Part shown: positions 25,230 to 37,929 of the stretch, one piece after another | How positions within the stretch are numbered: position 1 is the first letter of the stretch | How the letters are laid out: every line of letters begins with the position of its first letter | From: Raillietiella orientalis | Taxonomy: Eukaryota | Reading direction: 5' to 3' | NCBI GenBank assembly: GCA_036172245.1 | Contig: JAYWIR010000029.1 | Span: forward strand, 1,240,001-1,304,000 | DNA: 64,000 nt | Made by a program: the position numbers and the translations under genes | Notes under the pieces: model-generated | The model's input: only the letters and a program-made list of their open reading frames with translations | Told to the model about the DNA's origin: nothing | Database searches by the model: none

Positions 25230-27631
25230 CCTACGCGGGCAAAACTGAAGAGTTAAAAGTAAACAAACATTCGCGTATTAGCATTCACTTTATTTTCCTA
25301 GGATTCTGGGCGGGAGCCGGTGAAGGGGACGATCATTTTCTCGAAGTTTCCTATACGAGAACAGAACCTCAGCAGTTCTCACAGTATATTTTCATGCACA
25401 AAAGACCGACATAATCTGTGAAATTTCAGCTATCGTCTCCGAACACCACTGCCCGACTCGTGAAAATCGTTACCGAGTGGATAATTTCGAAGATTGCATT
25501 GCATTGAAGATTGCATACTTTCGAAAATACACTTTCTGTGATCACAGAGAGTATACGGACTGAGAGCATACGAGTTGGGATTTCCGAAACTACAGAGCCG
25601 ACCAGCGGGTCCATTCCAGGACCAAGAGGTCGAACTTTCCACACGCAAAGTTTGGCAACTGATCACGGTTAATTTGACAACCGATCATGTTTTCCCTTCT
25701 CACTCGAACACGGATCATCAGCAGTTTAAGCACTCCAGCTTTCAAGCATCGCGGGATGAGCTTTATCTAGCAGTGTGAAACCCAGGATTAAATATGTTTA
25801 CAATAGTAAATACTCATTGTGCGCTCCATTACATTCAATTCAGTAACTGTCCTGCGCCGATCACGCACGTCATTTACTCCCACGCAATGATGAAAATTTA
25901 TTTGCATGTTTCGCATGCAGGTGTTGGGATTCTTTTGTAGAGCAGAGGTACACAAAGTGCAAAGAAATTCGCAAAATCAAGGGAACATGATTTTGAGAAC
26001 AGAAATTTCGGACTCACACCAGCAGTTCCCACCTTACGAATGTCCACACCGACCTATTCGATATTCGCAGCGTGAAAGGAATACAAAAGTCACTCGCAAG
26101 AAGAGGAAGAACACGAGAAAATAGATTCTTCAGCCGACCACCCTTCATAAGCAATGTTTTGTTTGGCATTTATTATGGATTTCCACGTTCCATTAAATTT
26201 CTACAGCTTCAGCAAGTTTATATGGACATGGTGCGCATTACAAACGAGTAGCTGCGTAATGAGTGACTTCTATTCGTGCTGATTCGTGTTTATCGATTGA
26301 TATGTCGGAGAAAGGCTAGGATATTTTTTTTTTGCATTCGCATTTCTTGAAATGAGTCCTGAAAACAAACGCAAGGAGTAAGGAACTACTCTTATGGCTC
26401 TCGGGGATCTTGAACTTCAAACTCTTTTTATGCATTTATACGTATCAAATCACAGATCGTCCCCCCGACCCCCATTCCTTTGGAAGAGAGATGATCAATA
26501 GCCCAGTAACCACTGCAGACCGTCTGCACCGAACCAGTTTCCTTGCACCGGAACACGAGGGGATGACGTCACAACGTACCTTCCCGCCAGACGAATGTCT
26601 GGAAAGGAATGCGGGAGCACACGGGGAAAGGGATCGAAACTCCAGAAAAATGTTCGCAGCCGCCTCTGGGAATTTTGCACTTTTTGACACTACAGCGAGA
26701 CTTCCGAGTAGAGCAGCACAACTGCTGTCTCCGAAGTCATCACTGACGAAAGAATTTCAGCTTGACGGCGGCGTGTTGTCGTGAAAGCCACAACTTATTG
26801 AATAAGCCACAACTTATTTACTTGCTGTAAATGCAAAATTGCGGATGAACTGCAAGGCTTTAAAAACACACAAAAAAAAAATAGTAGTTCACGTAGCACG
26901 TAAAAATAAATAAATAAAATAAACATGCTACCCAAGGTTTTTTTCCCCCCGGTGTGCACTTGTTGTCTGAGCACGCAACTTATCATCCCTCCCGTTTTTT
27001 ACGCCAAAAAAAAAAAATCTTAGTGGATGAAACTATTTTTTTTCTTTTTTCTTTACGACAAAATACTTCACAATGAGAAAATTATATATATACATATATC
27101 AAATTCAGCGAAATCACTTCACTGTTAAGAAATAGTAGAAGGCCCATTTCACGTTTCGGAAACGCTCAATTTTCGATGTTGCGCTAATTACGGAAATCAA
27201 TCAACGCAATCGGTTAAAGGAAACAATTAGAGCTTTCGTTGCGAAATGTAAGCCTTTTTTTTTCTTTTTTATGATCCCATATCACCACCTGAACTCAACA
27301 CAATACATTACTCAATGATTTAAAAGTAAAATTGTGTGGATTTACCATTAAAGAGCGCCATTTGTGTCACAACTCGAGTTCACAGCCGTCAAGGGAAGGA
27401 ATGCGATTGAAATTGTACTTCAGCACACTCAAGGTTTTTGGAGAGCCCGCTACGGCGTCTACGAACCACTTGATCACCGTCTAAGTCACGAGCCCTTATC
27501 AATCGTATTTTTTACACATGGTTACGTTGCATTACTCTTGGGCGGGGATTCAGAGATACGAGTAAATGTTAGAGTTCATTTTTCCAATTCGTGGCACAGC
27601 ATCAACAGACGGAAAGACGGAAACACCACAA

Positions 27632-27772
27632 CACATTTCTACGAATACCTGACAGACACACGCGTCGCGGGTTTCCTCAGCCTACGAGTCAGGTGTCATG
27701 GAAACCAGGGCGGCACATTTCTGCGAATATCTGGGAGACACTCGCGTTGCGAGTTTTATAAGCCTACGAGTC
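27632..27772. repeat. Diverged direct repeat, two 59-bp copies at an 82-bp period
   Basis: 27632-27690 vs 27714-27772 align without gaps with 10 mismatches (cacatttct.cgaata.ctg..agacac.cgcgt.gcg.gttt..t.agcctacgagtc). Confidence 0.85.
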
Positions 27773-29321
27773 TACGAGAGTGTGCCTCGAGATGGAAATT
27801 GCGTGGTTGCCGTTCCTCTCATTTGTTTTAATGTGCGTTTGCATCAAGCAGGCAGTCTCTGATGGGAAGAAAGTGATGCAGCAGTGATGCAGCGCACGAG
27901 GGAAGGAAAAGGAGAGAAAAGTTCGAGAAAAGAAGAGAGAGCCGATTATCCGTCTGCCCGCACTGAGATCTTATCTTCGGATCCCGAACTCATCTCCAGC
28001 AAAAACAGCCTTGGAGATGGCGACACCGGACAATTTTTTTCTCGGCTCACCATTTTTCTGATGGTCAACTCGGTTGTGGCTCTCTTCAGGCGGCGGCTCG
28101 TCCCGTTGACCACCCGTCATTCATGCAGCTTGGTGTCAGAATTAGCTGAAGCGGAACTCCGCTGACGCAGAATAATAACCTCTCCGGATCTCCTAAATTT
28201 TTTTTTTTTTTTCGGGTAATTTCCTGTGTTTTCTTTTTTTTTTGGCACGCAAATGACGGGGCTTTGGAGCTCAGCCGTGCCGGGGAATGGAACAGCGGCC
28301 ATCAACAGAGCAGTAGAACCTAGAAAGCAAGTTCTCGTGTGCACTGGATTCGTCCTCGGGGGTACTCTGTTCCCGAATGAATTCAGGGACAGGAGGCCAT
28401 CAAAACGACAGTTCCCGAAAGGCAGTCCGTGAAGTGCAAGGGCAGGCAGGCTGAGGAACCGAACCCAAGTCGGAGAGCAAACGTTGCTGCAAGTTCCTTT
28501 GGGGTTCGCGTCCTGCGGATTAGCTGGAAAGAGCGCAAAAACTCTCACGAAAATCTCTGGGCACGAAGCAGGAAAGAAGGTGGAGCTTTCCGAGAGGTTC
28601 TTATAGAGTGGGTGACGCCGATGCTGCAAAGGGTCAGGATACTATAACAGAAAGCCTTCTTAATGCACCTTTGGAGTTCGTATTTGTTTTCGCCAATCTT
28701 TTACATAACCTCTCTAACTACAAAAACTTTTATGAAATACTTTGTCTTCCAAAATCTAGTTATTTCTACGATTAGCAAAGACTTAGAATAGAGTTATGCG
28801 ATGGACAAGAGAATTTTCTTCAGGAGTAGTCCATTTAGTTATTTCTTGAACTGTTGAAAGAACTTTGGGCGTTATTTCTTGAACTGTTTGTTGCAGCGGA
28901 ATCCATTGTGTCATTTGGGCAGGTGAGTCATTTCAGCCATTCTCTAAAAGAATTCCGGTATGATCAGAATGGTGCAACTCCTCTCAGACTGGTTCCATGT
29001 ATAACAAATACTTTTCAACTAGCAGTAATGACGCGTCAGTTATAGTCTCCTCGGCTATAATATTGCCCGTGAACAAAGCTATGTGTAACAGATACTAAGG
29101 CATTACCTTGTCATCTAGTAATGGAGTACTGTCATCTGGAGTACTGTTTCTGTTTGAACGATCGAAGAGTGGATCTCAGGCGATTCAAACTTTTACGGAT
29201 TCCGAAGATGTTCTATTCAGAAGATGATCTTAAGGCACCAATGGTTTTCTCAGATATGTACAGTGCCTCGTGTTCCAAGTTGGAGATATGACTGGGGATT
29301 GAACTAAATGGTGGTTGTGAC

Positions 29322-30141
29322 CAGAAGGTTCACCCACAGGACACGCGAAGTGTGGAAAAACAACTACGCGTGGTCCAGGATGAACAAGAAAAATCTGCGA
29401 CGTCTCCTACTCGAAGCTAACAAAGACACCAGTGACCCCCAAGGAAGTTGCAAATCGCTACGGGAGTGACAGAATCAACCTGCAAGCGATTGGAACGACT
29501 CTGGACAAGTGACCTACCGCCGGACTCCCAGGACAACCTCCTGATGTCCTACCACGGGGAAATCCTGAGCGGGTCCAGGATGAAGTGCTTCACGAGGCAA
29601 AGACAAGATGAGGTCTGCAAGGCATGTGGTGACGTAGACACGAGACTTCACGTTCTGACATGTCCCACAATGCACCAAGACTGGCAGACCCTGAAAAGGG
29701 TCATAGGGCTACCGAATATCTTAAAGATGGAAGTCTTGAACGGGATGTTCCAAGGAAACGGAAACGTTCCCCTCTACAACCCAATGGTCAGGACTATCAT
29801 TGCCCTATTCATCACCGCTATCCTGACAAGATGGAGGACGATGAGGACCGCCAGAACGACCGTATCTTCCATGGAAATCTTGAAAGGCATTATCCAAAAG
29901 GAGATCGGCATCCGGAACTGTGAAAGAGTCGGCCTTGACCTATCGATACATCCTGAAAAGGATTGAGGACAACGTCCGGGCTCACCCAAGACCCAACCCA
30001 CCCTAGTGCAGAACCCCGGTGCAGTGACCCCCCAGAAGTGAACTTCAAAGTGGAAACAAACAGTATTGTTTCGGGAACTGAATGAGACTCTAGCATGAAT
30101 GAAAAGAAAATGAACTTAATCCAGCTCTTGTGGGACTGGGA
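29322..30141 (+). mobile_element. 5'-truncated Tx1/L1-like non-LTR retrotransposon: ORF2 C-terminus with zf-RVT CCHC finger plus 3' UTR
   Basis: ORF 29448-29966: LWTSDLPP...LLMSYHGEILSGSRM...CKACGDVDTRLHVLTCP...W (CX2CX7HX3C) fits the zinc-binding region after RT in L1/Tx1 ORF2. It is frameshifted upstream and flanked by a 14/16 direct repeat (29306-29321, 30142-30157), a candidate target-site duplication. Confidence 0.72.
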
Positions 30142-30569
30142 AAATGGTAGTTATGACTAATTCATAAATGGCATTCATGCTTTTCTGCATAAGTGTTCTT
30201 CATGCTCTTCAAAGAATCCATCATGGTTCTATGAGCTGCGGATGGTCATATTGGATAACACCTACATGCTCGCCAGACAAGTAAAAGGTTTTCATGCTAG
30301 ATGTTCGTGCACTTAGGTATAATAGGATCCTTATTAAAGAATCATTACTAAATTTTTTCGAAGAAGTTGATTGAAGTTCATGAAAATTGTTTTTTTTTGA
30401 TTAAGTAATGGTACACACAATCTTTATAACGTCTTGATGGATTTTCATGACAATCTAAGGTCTAAGGGGAACAGGAGGTTCTCCAATCACATGATATTTA
30501 GTTAAATTAATTTGTTTTGCTTTGCTACAAACAAATGAAACACAGAAACAAACGCAAACATACCCATGC

Positions 30570-30880
30570 ATAATTTTACAAAACAAAACACCACTCCGCT
30601 CCCTTCTTTAATGACAAACTTAAACAAAAAAATTAATCACACAATCAACATACCCATGCCATCAAACATTTCTTACTCTTGAAACCTAGGCTCCATAATA
30701 GGAATCTTTCTAGTTACTCAACTGCTTACAGGCACTATCATCTCCATACATTACACCCCCCCCATACCTCAGAAGCCTTTTCATCAATCATCAACATAAT
30801 ACATAACACCAATAACGGATGATTCATACGATACATCCACGCTAACACCGCCTCCTTTTTCATAGCAATCTACCTACACA
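30570..30880 (+). pseudogene. cob: NUMT: nuclear copy of mitochondrial nad6 3' end plus cytochrome b 5' part
   Basis: Invertebrate mitochondrial code: ...QNKTPLRSLL* (TAA 30609-30611) overlaps ATG 30611 [89 protein letters not shown]. In-frame TGA at conserved Trp positions (30680, 30820), strong A/C skew, frameshift in a C8 run (30756-30763), truncated after the second haem His. Confidence 0.92.
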
Positions 30881-30898
30881 CTTTCCTAATGCCTAAAA

Positions 30899-30914
30899 AC
30901 ACACACACACACAC
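30899..30914. repeat. (AC)n microsatellite next to the NUMT
   Basis: acacacacacacacac. Confidence 0.9.
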
Positions 30915-32499
30915 AAATTTCTCAGAGTATAAGGAATGATGTCTTCTAAGGTCCATCATAGGATATTTTAAATGACAAAGTAGGAAATAACGAAACTTAA
31001 AAGTTCAGTATTTTCCGGCTTACCTTGCCTCATGGCTTCAGCATTGCGAGGGAAGACTCGAGTAATCAAGTAGTAGTAGTAGTTGAAGGGTTTTTATTCT
31101 GCTTGCAGTCTTCGATGTCCTTACTGAGTAAATGTCTTATATTTTCGTGTAATAACTTGGATGTCAGAAACTGTCGAAACTGCTGTGTCGTTCGCAAACA
31201 TAGTATCACTAATAAGGACTTTCTCTTTCCTTGAGAATCATTGCAATAGGGAATCTCTTGATTTCTCTTCTAGTTTCTAAATGAGCTCGAACACTCAAAT
31301 TTGCTAGTCAAATCCTTTCTTTGGTTCCACACAGCGTCAAATGCTCACAGATATCATATTGCAATGGAGCTCCGGTAGTTCTGCTACACCCACAACGAAT
31401 GGGTTGTGCGCAGGCAGCATCACATGCAGTTTGCTGCTAGTTTTTCCCAGTACCTTAAGCTGATCCTACGACCAAGTAGTTGGTCTTAGGATCCTCTAAA
31501 TCCGCTTACGTTTGGTAGCTTGAAACCTCGTCAAACAATAAATGGTTTACTTTTCTAAAACTTACTTAACTCGATTGCCCTAGGGTGTCTTATGGATCGG
31601 AATGTTCATGAGTGGGCCTCCCTCAGTAGTTATCATGATTCAGTCATGCAGTTCAACAAAGTACATTTGCTTCCAAAGCTGCAGGATAACAATTGGACTT
31701 GAAGGTTATTGATGATGAATCATGATACATTATTGGACAGGGGGAGATGTACTCAATCTAATATATTTCATACCTAACGCTACCAAGTGGTTGAGGTATT
31801 TAGTACACGAGACGGTGATATGTTACTGCCTCCAGGTGCTTTATTTCATGTATGACTAGTTTTTGAGTTTGCATTGAACGTTTCATGCGAAAGATAGTTT
31901 CATCTTTGTCTACTGAGAAAATATAGGTAAATATAGTCTTTGCTACAGTAATTTTCCTTTTTGCTTGACTTCAGGCTCCTAAAAAGATACTTTTAAAACG
32001 GCATGTTCCCGGAAATTTCCTGTAAATTCTTAAACATTTCTTCCAACGTGCGCCCCTGATATTAATGAGATTTTTCTTTAGATGAACAAAGCTATTTCTT
32101 TTATGTCTTGTGATTCGGTTACGTTTCTTTTTTCCAGGAACCTTCTTCTCATGGAATTGCTCTTTGGAAGCATTCTCTTCCCCATGAAGTGCACTTATGC
32201 TTCCTTTAGAAGTCAACACAGCAGTACTTCCTGCGTAACTACCGGAGTCTTGTCAATTCTAATTCTATGAATATTTTTTTTTTTTACTAATATGCCAGCA
32301 TTTTTTACTAATAGCGCATTGCGATGGAACGTCCTGGAAGTGTCTGTCACCGTTGAAGTTTACATGAACATGCATTCGCATCAGCGGCCTTCATGCGGGA
32401 TTCTAGTAAACACACTTTGTTTACACAAGTATTACACAGAATCGCAGATCATGTTTCGTTTTTGCTCCATTGAAGCAGCAGCACTGCAAATTAAGTATA

Positions 32500-32780
32500 G
32501 TGCATCCACGCTGGGCAACAGCATGGCAGCTCAATTTTCAACCCGTGCAATTCCCAGTGTTGTTGTTGATAGAGATGGACGGCACACATGATTATCGACC
32601 ATGACATGTTCGGCAGTGGCCTTGCCAGTAGTGTGTCATTCTCTCTAGAATTTCTTGATTTCCGTTCAAAGGGGCTGAGAAAGTACTTTTCTTTGAACGC
32701 TCTGCCTACTCAACATCCGAAAGTTACGGAATCGTGGGAAATATTTCACTCGTTACCTAAAGTCAAAAGAATACGGGCAG
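32500..32780 (-). mobile_element. Possible hAT (Charlie/Buster-like) transposase remnant
   Basis: LTLGNE*NISHDS / FKEKYFLSPF...TTG / GIARVEN*AAML, in the order of FSL.LDESTD.S / KEE.LF..PL..TTG / GI.TDGA.AM. Confidence 0.3.
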
Positions 32781-35700
32781 TATACATGAATCTGAAGGGC
32801 TCCAATAAAGCAATCTCTTCAGACAGAAACGGTCAAGTTTGTGAAATCAAGTGCTTTCTGCGCAAGATAGGTGATGATTAAACCACCTAACTTGGGATCA
32901 ACCACTGTGCACATCGGATGTGTCACACCAAAACGGCTTTCGAGAGTTCATAAGGAGTTACACTAGTATTCTAATCCAGTGCATTGATCAGCTTACTAAT
33001 CCAATAAGTCTAAGTAGGCCCAACACCTTATTGGATGGGAGCAGCAAATAGAAAATAATTTTGAACAACTTAATCCATTCTTTCCAATACTTTCACGACC
33101 TATCTGCAATAAAAATATCAATTTCTGGAAAAATTAATTTGGTATAATGGTCAAATGTGTGACAGGATGGTTGGCTAGAGAATTTTTTACAAACATGGTA
33201 TCTTGGGGCAATAAAATGGACTTGCAAATACTTTTTCCTCCACTTATCTGAACTATAGTGGGCTACTTCTGTACATTACATGCATTAAACAAATGTAAGA
33301 ATGCTGATTTTGTGAAAGACTGTACGATAGTTCGTTGTTGTTCTCCAAGGTTTCCAGAAGTACCAAGCATATTAATGCAAGTGCAATTAGTCTACTGATA
33401 GTGTTTCCAATTTCCACTCCCTTTTGTTAAAAATCACTTGAAAAAATGTACCAATTTTCAGAATATCCCTATCACTTTCCTCCCTTCTAAAATTTCTCCA
33501 GAACTGCATCATTGGGTAAGAGATTTGTGTGTGCAGTTTCCAAAAAAAGTACATACTAAGTTTCAAAAACAATAAAAGATTCAGTACCATACAAACAATG
33601 CATTGGGAACATCTGTTGTTCTGTTACTGCAGTGACTAACTGTTTCAATTTTGAAGTACCTTATATAATGTGCATAAACATAATACTTATGCTATTTATC
33701 TTATACTGGACAACTCTGAAACCTAAGTGTGGAACTTCCTTCATGAGAAACTTACAAACATAACTGAAGTTTCCCATTTATTGCCTCAGATGATCTGCCT
33801 GAGTGCAATCCAGTCATTTTTTTTTCATTCTTCTGTATGTCATCCATCTGGCTCAGAATTCGCAAATTACAGCATTAGTGAAATATGAGACATTGAGATA
33901 ACTGCACCATTAATTCCATCACACAATCTAATTGTTTGCTAAATGTATCCATTGTGATCTCCATCAACACATCATCAATCTACTAAAATGCACAAATGCA
34001 TGACATTCCTAATAACTATTAGAAATATTCAACTGTTTCATGGGGGAACATGAGGCTCAGCAAACATGACTGGAATACTGATATTTGCAAGTTTCTTCAC
34101 TAGGATTTTTGAAGCAAAGGAGCATGATTCACCTGAAACTGAGACATGGAGTGCATTCCTAAATTTATCTGTGCTCTCAACAGAAGTGAAGGCCTATTCT
34201 TGGTCACTAGTGGGCATAAAAGATGCTTAGCACTTGACAAAATGAACATCATTTGTACTTTGAGATTTTTTTCCGCATATTCTCTACCAAAAGTTTGGAT
34301 TACAGGATTATCATAGTTTTGGCTGTCCTTCAATTTTGGTTTAGAAATAGATTCTTTCCTACAATTTCATGACGGAACACATATAATGTTACACTAAAGT
34401 AAGAATGTCTGGGTCACAAACTGATTGAAGATGCATACCTAGAATCACTAATTTACCAACAGCTGGAGGAGCATTTTAGATCATGAAGATTACATGCCTA
34501 ACAGTATGGCCCACACATATCAAAAGTAAATGCAATATCAAGGATGATTTTTCTACGACTACCACTTTTCTTTCTGCATACTTCCTTCATATAATACAAC
34601 CTGCTGATCATACAATTCATAAATTTTCTAGGCATCACGTAGAATTAACATCCGAACGTGATTGAAATAACAATTCAAAATTTCAGTTTTAGTATCGAAA
34701 TTAACATTCAAAACAAAAATTGTCATTCTTTCTGAATTATTATTCTAACTTTTCATCTAAAATAGACTTTTCAAATAAATCGAATGTAAATTCAAATAAC
34801 CCATCCAATTCCCTTGGGGAATCGTGTAACAATTTCTAAACAACTTCCAAACAATTTCTAAATTTAACCAATTTTTTTCCACGGAAATACAGTTTTACCT
34901 CAGTATTCACAGATAATGAAAGTATTCAGTATTCATCACATTGATGATTGCTCAAAACCAAAAATTAATAGAGAGAAACATTATACACGTATAACTGCAT
35001 TCTATGCAGACTGCTGTTCGTAATCTGGGTTGCTGCTTTGCTCATTTTCGTGTTTCAGTAAGGCAGTGGATGTCCACAATCTGTGCATATGTAAAGGTAC
35101 TTTGTGGAGAAACTAGGCTTGCGAAGTTAGCTAAGCCGTGTGTTGCCAAGTTTTCCGTAGAATTCCGATTATTAAAGTTCCAAGCGGTTTTTCTGAATCA
35201 CGACGACCTTCTCTTGCACTCTAACGTTTTCTGAAATCACTGCTTCACAAAGAAATGTGATCTTATTCACACAACTCAAACGTGTAGCAGTAAACTAAAT
35301 CTGATTTTTGTTTCTTACTTCTAACGAATTACAAGTATCTACGTTCTAGTGGATTCTCCATTTTGAATTTGTTTTTCATCTGCCCACGATACCGCTATTC
35401 CATAGTGCTATTTCTCACCACCTGAAAGCATCCAAGTGATTTTGACGAGCATTTGCATAAAGTTCGCTCAACAAATTAATTTTTATGGAGGCACTTTGGT
35501 GATTCTTTAATTTTTGTTGTTAAGAAACTTGCCCCATAACAGTAATTACCCCAAAATGAAGGCGTTGCGCCTAACTGTTTTTGATAAAATTACTAAACGT
35601 ATATGTAATAAGCCCAAAATTATTTTTTAGACAAAGCACATTTTTATCTTTAAAGTATCCTCTGTTTCCCTTAGCTGTAGGTTTTGATGATGCTCAAACA

Positions 35701-36989
35701 TAAAGTTTAAAGACCTTGTTCTAAATCAAAAAATATTTTTTTAAATTTTGATATTTCCAATAAACAAAAGGACTACAAATTTGTATTGTAAGGTTTTTGT
35801 GTTCATGCTAACTTTTGAAATAGAAATTAATTCAAGATTTTATGTTGTGGAGAGATTGAGTTCACATCAACGATTATGGTTGGCTTACAAGAGTATTTAG
35901 TTTTTCGGTTATTATTTTAGGATCGGAAGCATATTTCTCCAAGTCGTATTCTATGGGAAAAATGAACTAATCGGAATCTTAATTTCTTTCTGATTCAATG
36001 CACAACTGATATCTGTGAGTTTACTATTCCTATTCAAGAAATGCTCAAAATGGAACTACCTTTGAACGCTGCAGAAATTAGCAGTGATTCAGCATTTGAC
36101 GCTATATAATTGTTTACTTTTCGATTTTGAAGTTGTTATGAAGCTCGTGTTGAATCCTTTGCTCCAGACAATTCCTGTAGGGAAACTGAATACGCCTTTT
36201 TCGTGAATCCTTCAAGTAAACAAACTTTTAGTACGACAAAATGTACAAAATGTAGTACGAAGAATCCAAAATTGGATTTTTTGGAATGCCCACGGAATGT
36301 CGAAACATATGGACAGGTTACTACTTTATTCGCGTTATTTATTCTGGCTTGATTCTTCACTTGTTGGAAGGGGCGCTCATTGACACTCGTTTGAAGTGAA
36401 CTTTGCAATGAACATCCAGTCCATCAGAACGTACGAAGTTGAATTTTTCTTTCTTTTCTTCTGAAATGCTTGAGCCTTCGCACGCTTCCTATTTGACCAA
36501 CCGGCATAGAGGATTGAATTTGTCTTGGACTGCAGAGCTGATGGAATGATGGCTCGAGCTTAGCTAAAAGCTAAAGGTCAAGTTGGAATACCTGTCGTTC
36601 TTTCCCGTCGTCTAGCTAACTTTCACGTAGTCTCTTTCACTGATCAAAAGTAGTAGCGGACACGTCAATGGGAAATTTATGATTCTGAAACATCTCCTAT
36701 TCTTTAGAGTAGCGGGGATGTTCTCTTTGGGAGATCCTAAGAGCCCGTCCGTCCGTCCAATCACACAAAATCGAGAAAAGGAGTTTTTTTTCCAGGTCTT
36801 CTGTTCCCACTGCTTTTGTGGAAGGAAAATATATGGTTCAAGATCGGCAAGCATCAGCGTGAGTGGGATGAAGACGAAGGCAACTGCATGCAGTTTTTAG
36901 GATTTTGAGAAACGGAGAGCGAGAGAGAAGGAATCTCGTCTTCTAGCAGTTTTGGTAGGAAGTTGTCTCTTCCAAGGGGGACGCGAAGT

Positions 36990-37170
36990 CATGGTGCTTT
37001 CAGATCTGTATAGCATCGCCTTGATCACATCAAGATCTGGGCTTCTGCTTGCCATCAGATGAGCTCGGATCTCCGGCTTCCAGAGATGCATCTTCGGACT
37101 GTAAAATTGCTCCTGAGAAATAGGAGTCGGAACTCTCAAGAGTTCTGGGTTGGAGTGTTGTCGTCTCCGC
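36990..37170 (-). mobile_element. Tc1/mariner-superfamily transposase catalytic-region remnant
   Basis: DDNTPTQNS..FLRSNF..R.IS...W..RSPDLDVI...LKA, matching QDGAP.H....FL..NF..R.I....WP.RSPDL...WG.LK; stops and frameshifts present. Confidence 0.52.
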
Positions 37171-37929
37171 CTGTTCTTCCTGGTCCTGATGCCTTTCCTT
37201 TGTTATTCTTTCCCCAGAGATTTCCTTCTTCCTATCGCGGAAAGATGCCTTCGCCGCTCCCTTCTTAGCTTCTCATCTTCTATGTTCCGATCTGCGTGAG
37301 ACGCTCCACCTCGTCGTAGGTTGAAGAGGACGCTCCGTCTTACCTAGGGCCGCACTCTCCCTTCCCCTCTTCCCTCTCCTATGCTTACTGACTAGTTCCT
37401 CAGTCTTTCACTCTTCCCCTCGCGGCTCTGCAGGAATCTCGGCGTCGCTTTTCTCCATAAGGTGCATCTGCCAAGGGCTCGATCACCCGACAGCATCCTG
37501 GAGATCCGAGCCGGTTATGCAGAGCTGCCTCCTTCGGGTGTGCTGCAGCTCCAAAGATGCAGGCTTGCCTCCTAGCAGAATCGGTACTTCGAAGGAACGG
37601 AGGGAGGGACTCCTGCAGCAGTCGTCGCCGCTCTGTCACCGTCGTGCCCTCTCCTGATCGAACTTTCGGGAATCAGAACGGATCAGATCCGACGGCCAGC
37701 TGTCCATCTTCCGAGGGAAGCTCCGGTTCCCACATTACTGGAAGCCGCTAAAGGAGAGAAAATGATCTCTCGCAGAAGATTCTTGGGACGTCCGATTCGG
37801 ATCGGGGTCAGAAGCACTGCAGGTGGCGCCCATGTGCTTCTCGGAACGTCGATCGTGCTTTGTCCATGTGTGGTGCTCCCCTGGTCAACAACCTGGCACG
37901 CAGCAGCGCTGTCTCAGCTGACCCGCAGT

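Noticed and set aside
33030..34390. Hints of a PHD finger (KEWIKCSK) or a Crypton-like VGKN motif on the minus strand
   Set aside because: Isolated short matches; no ordered motif series.
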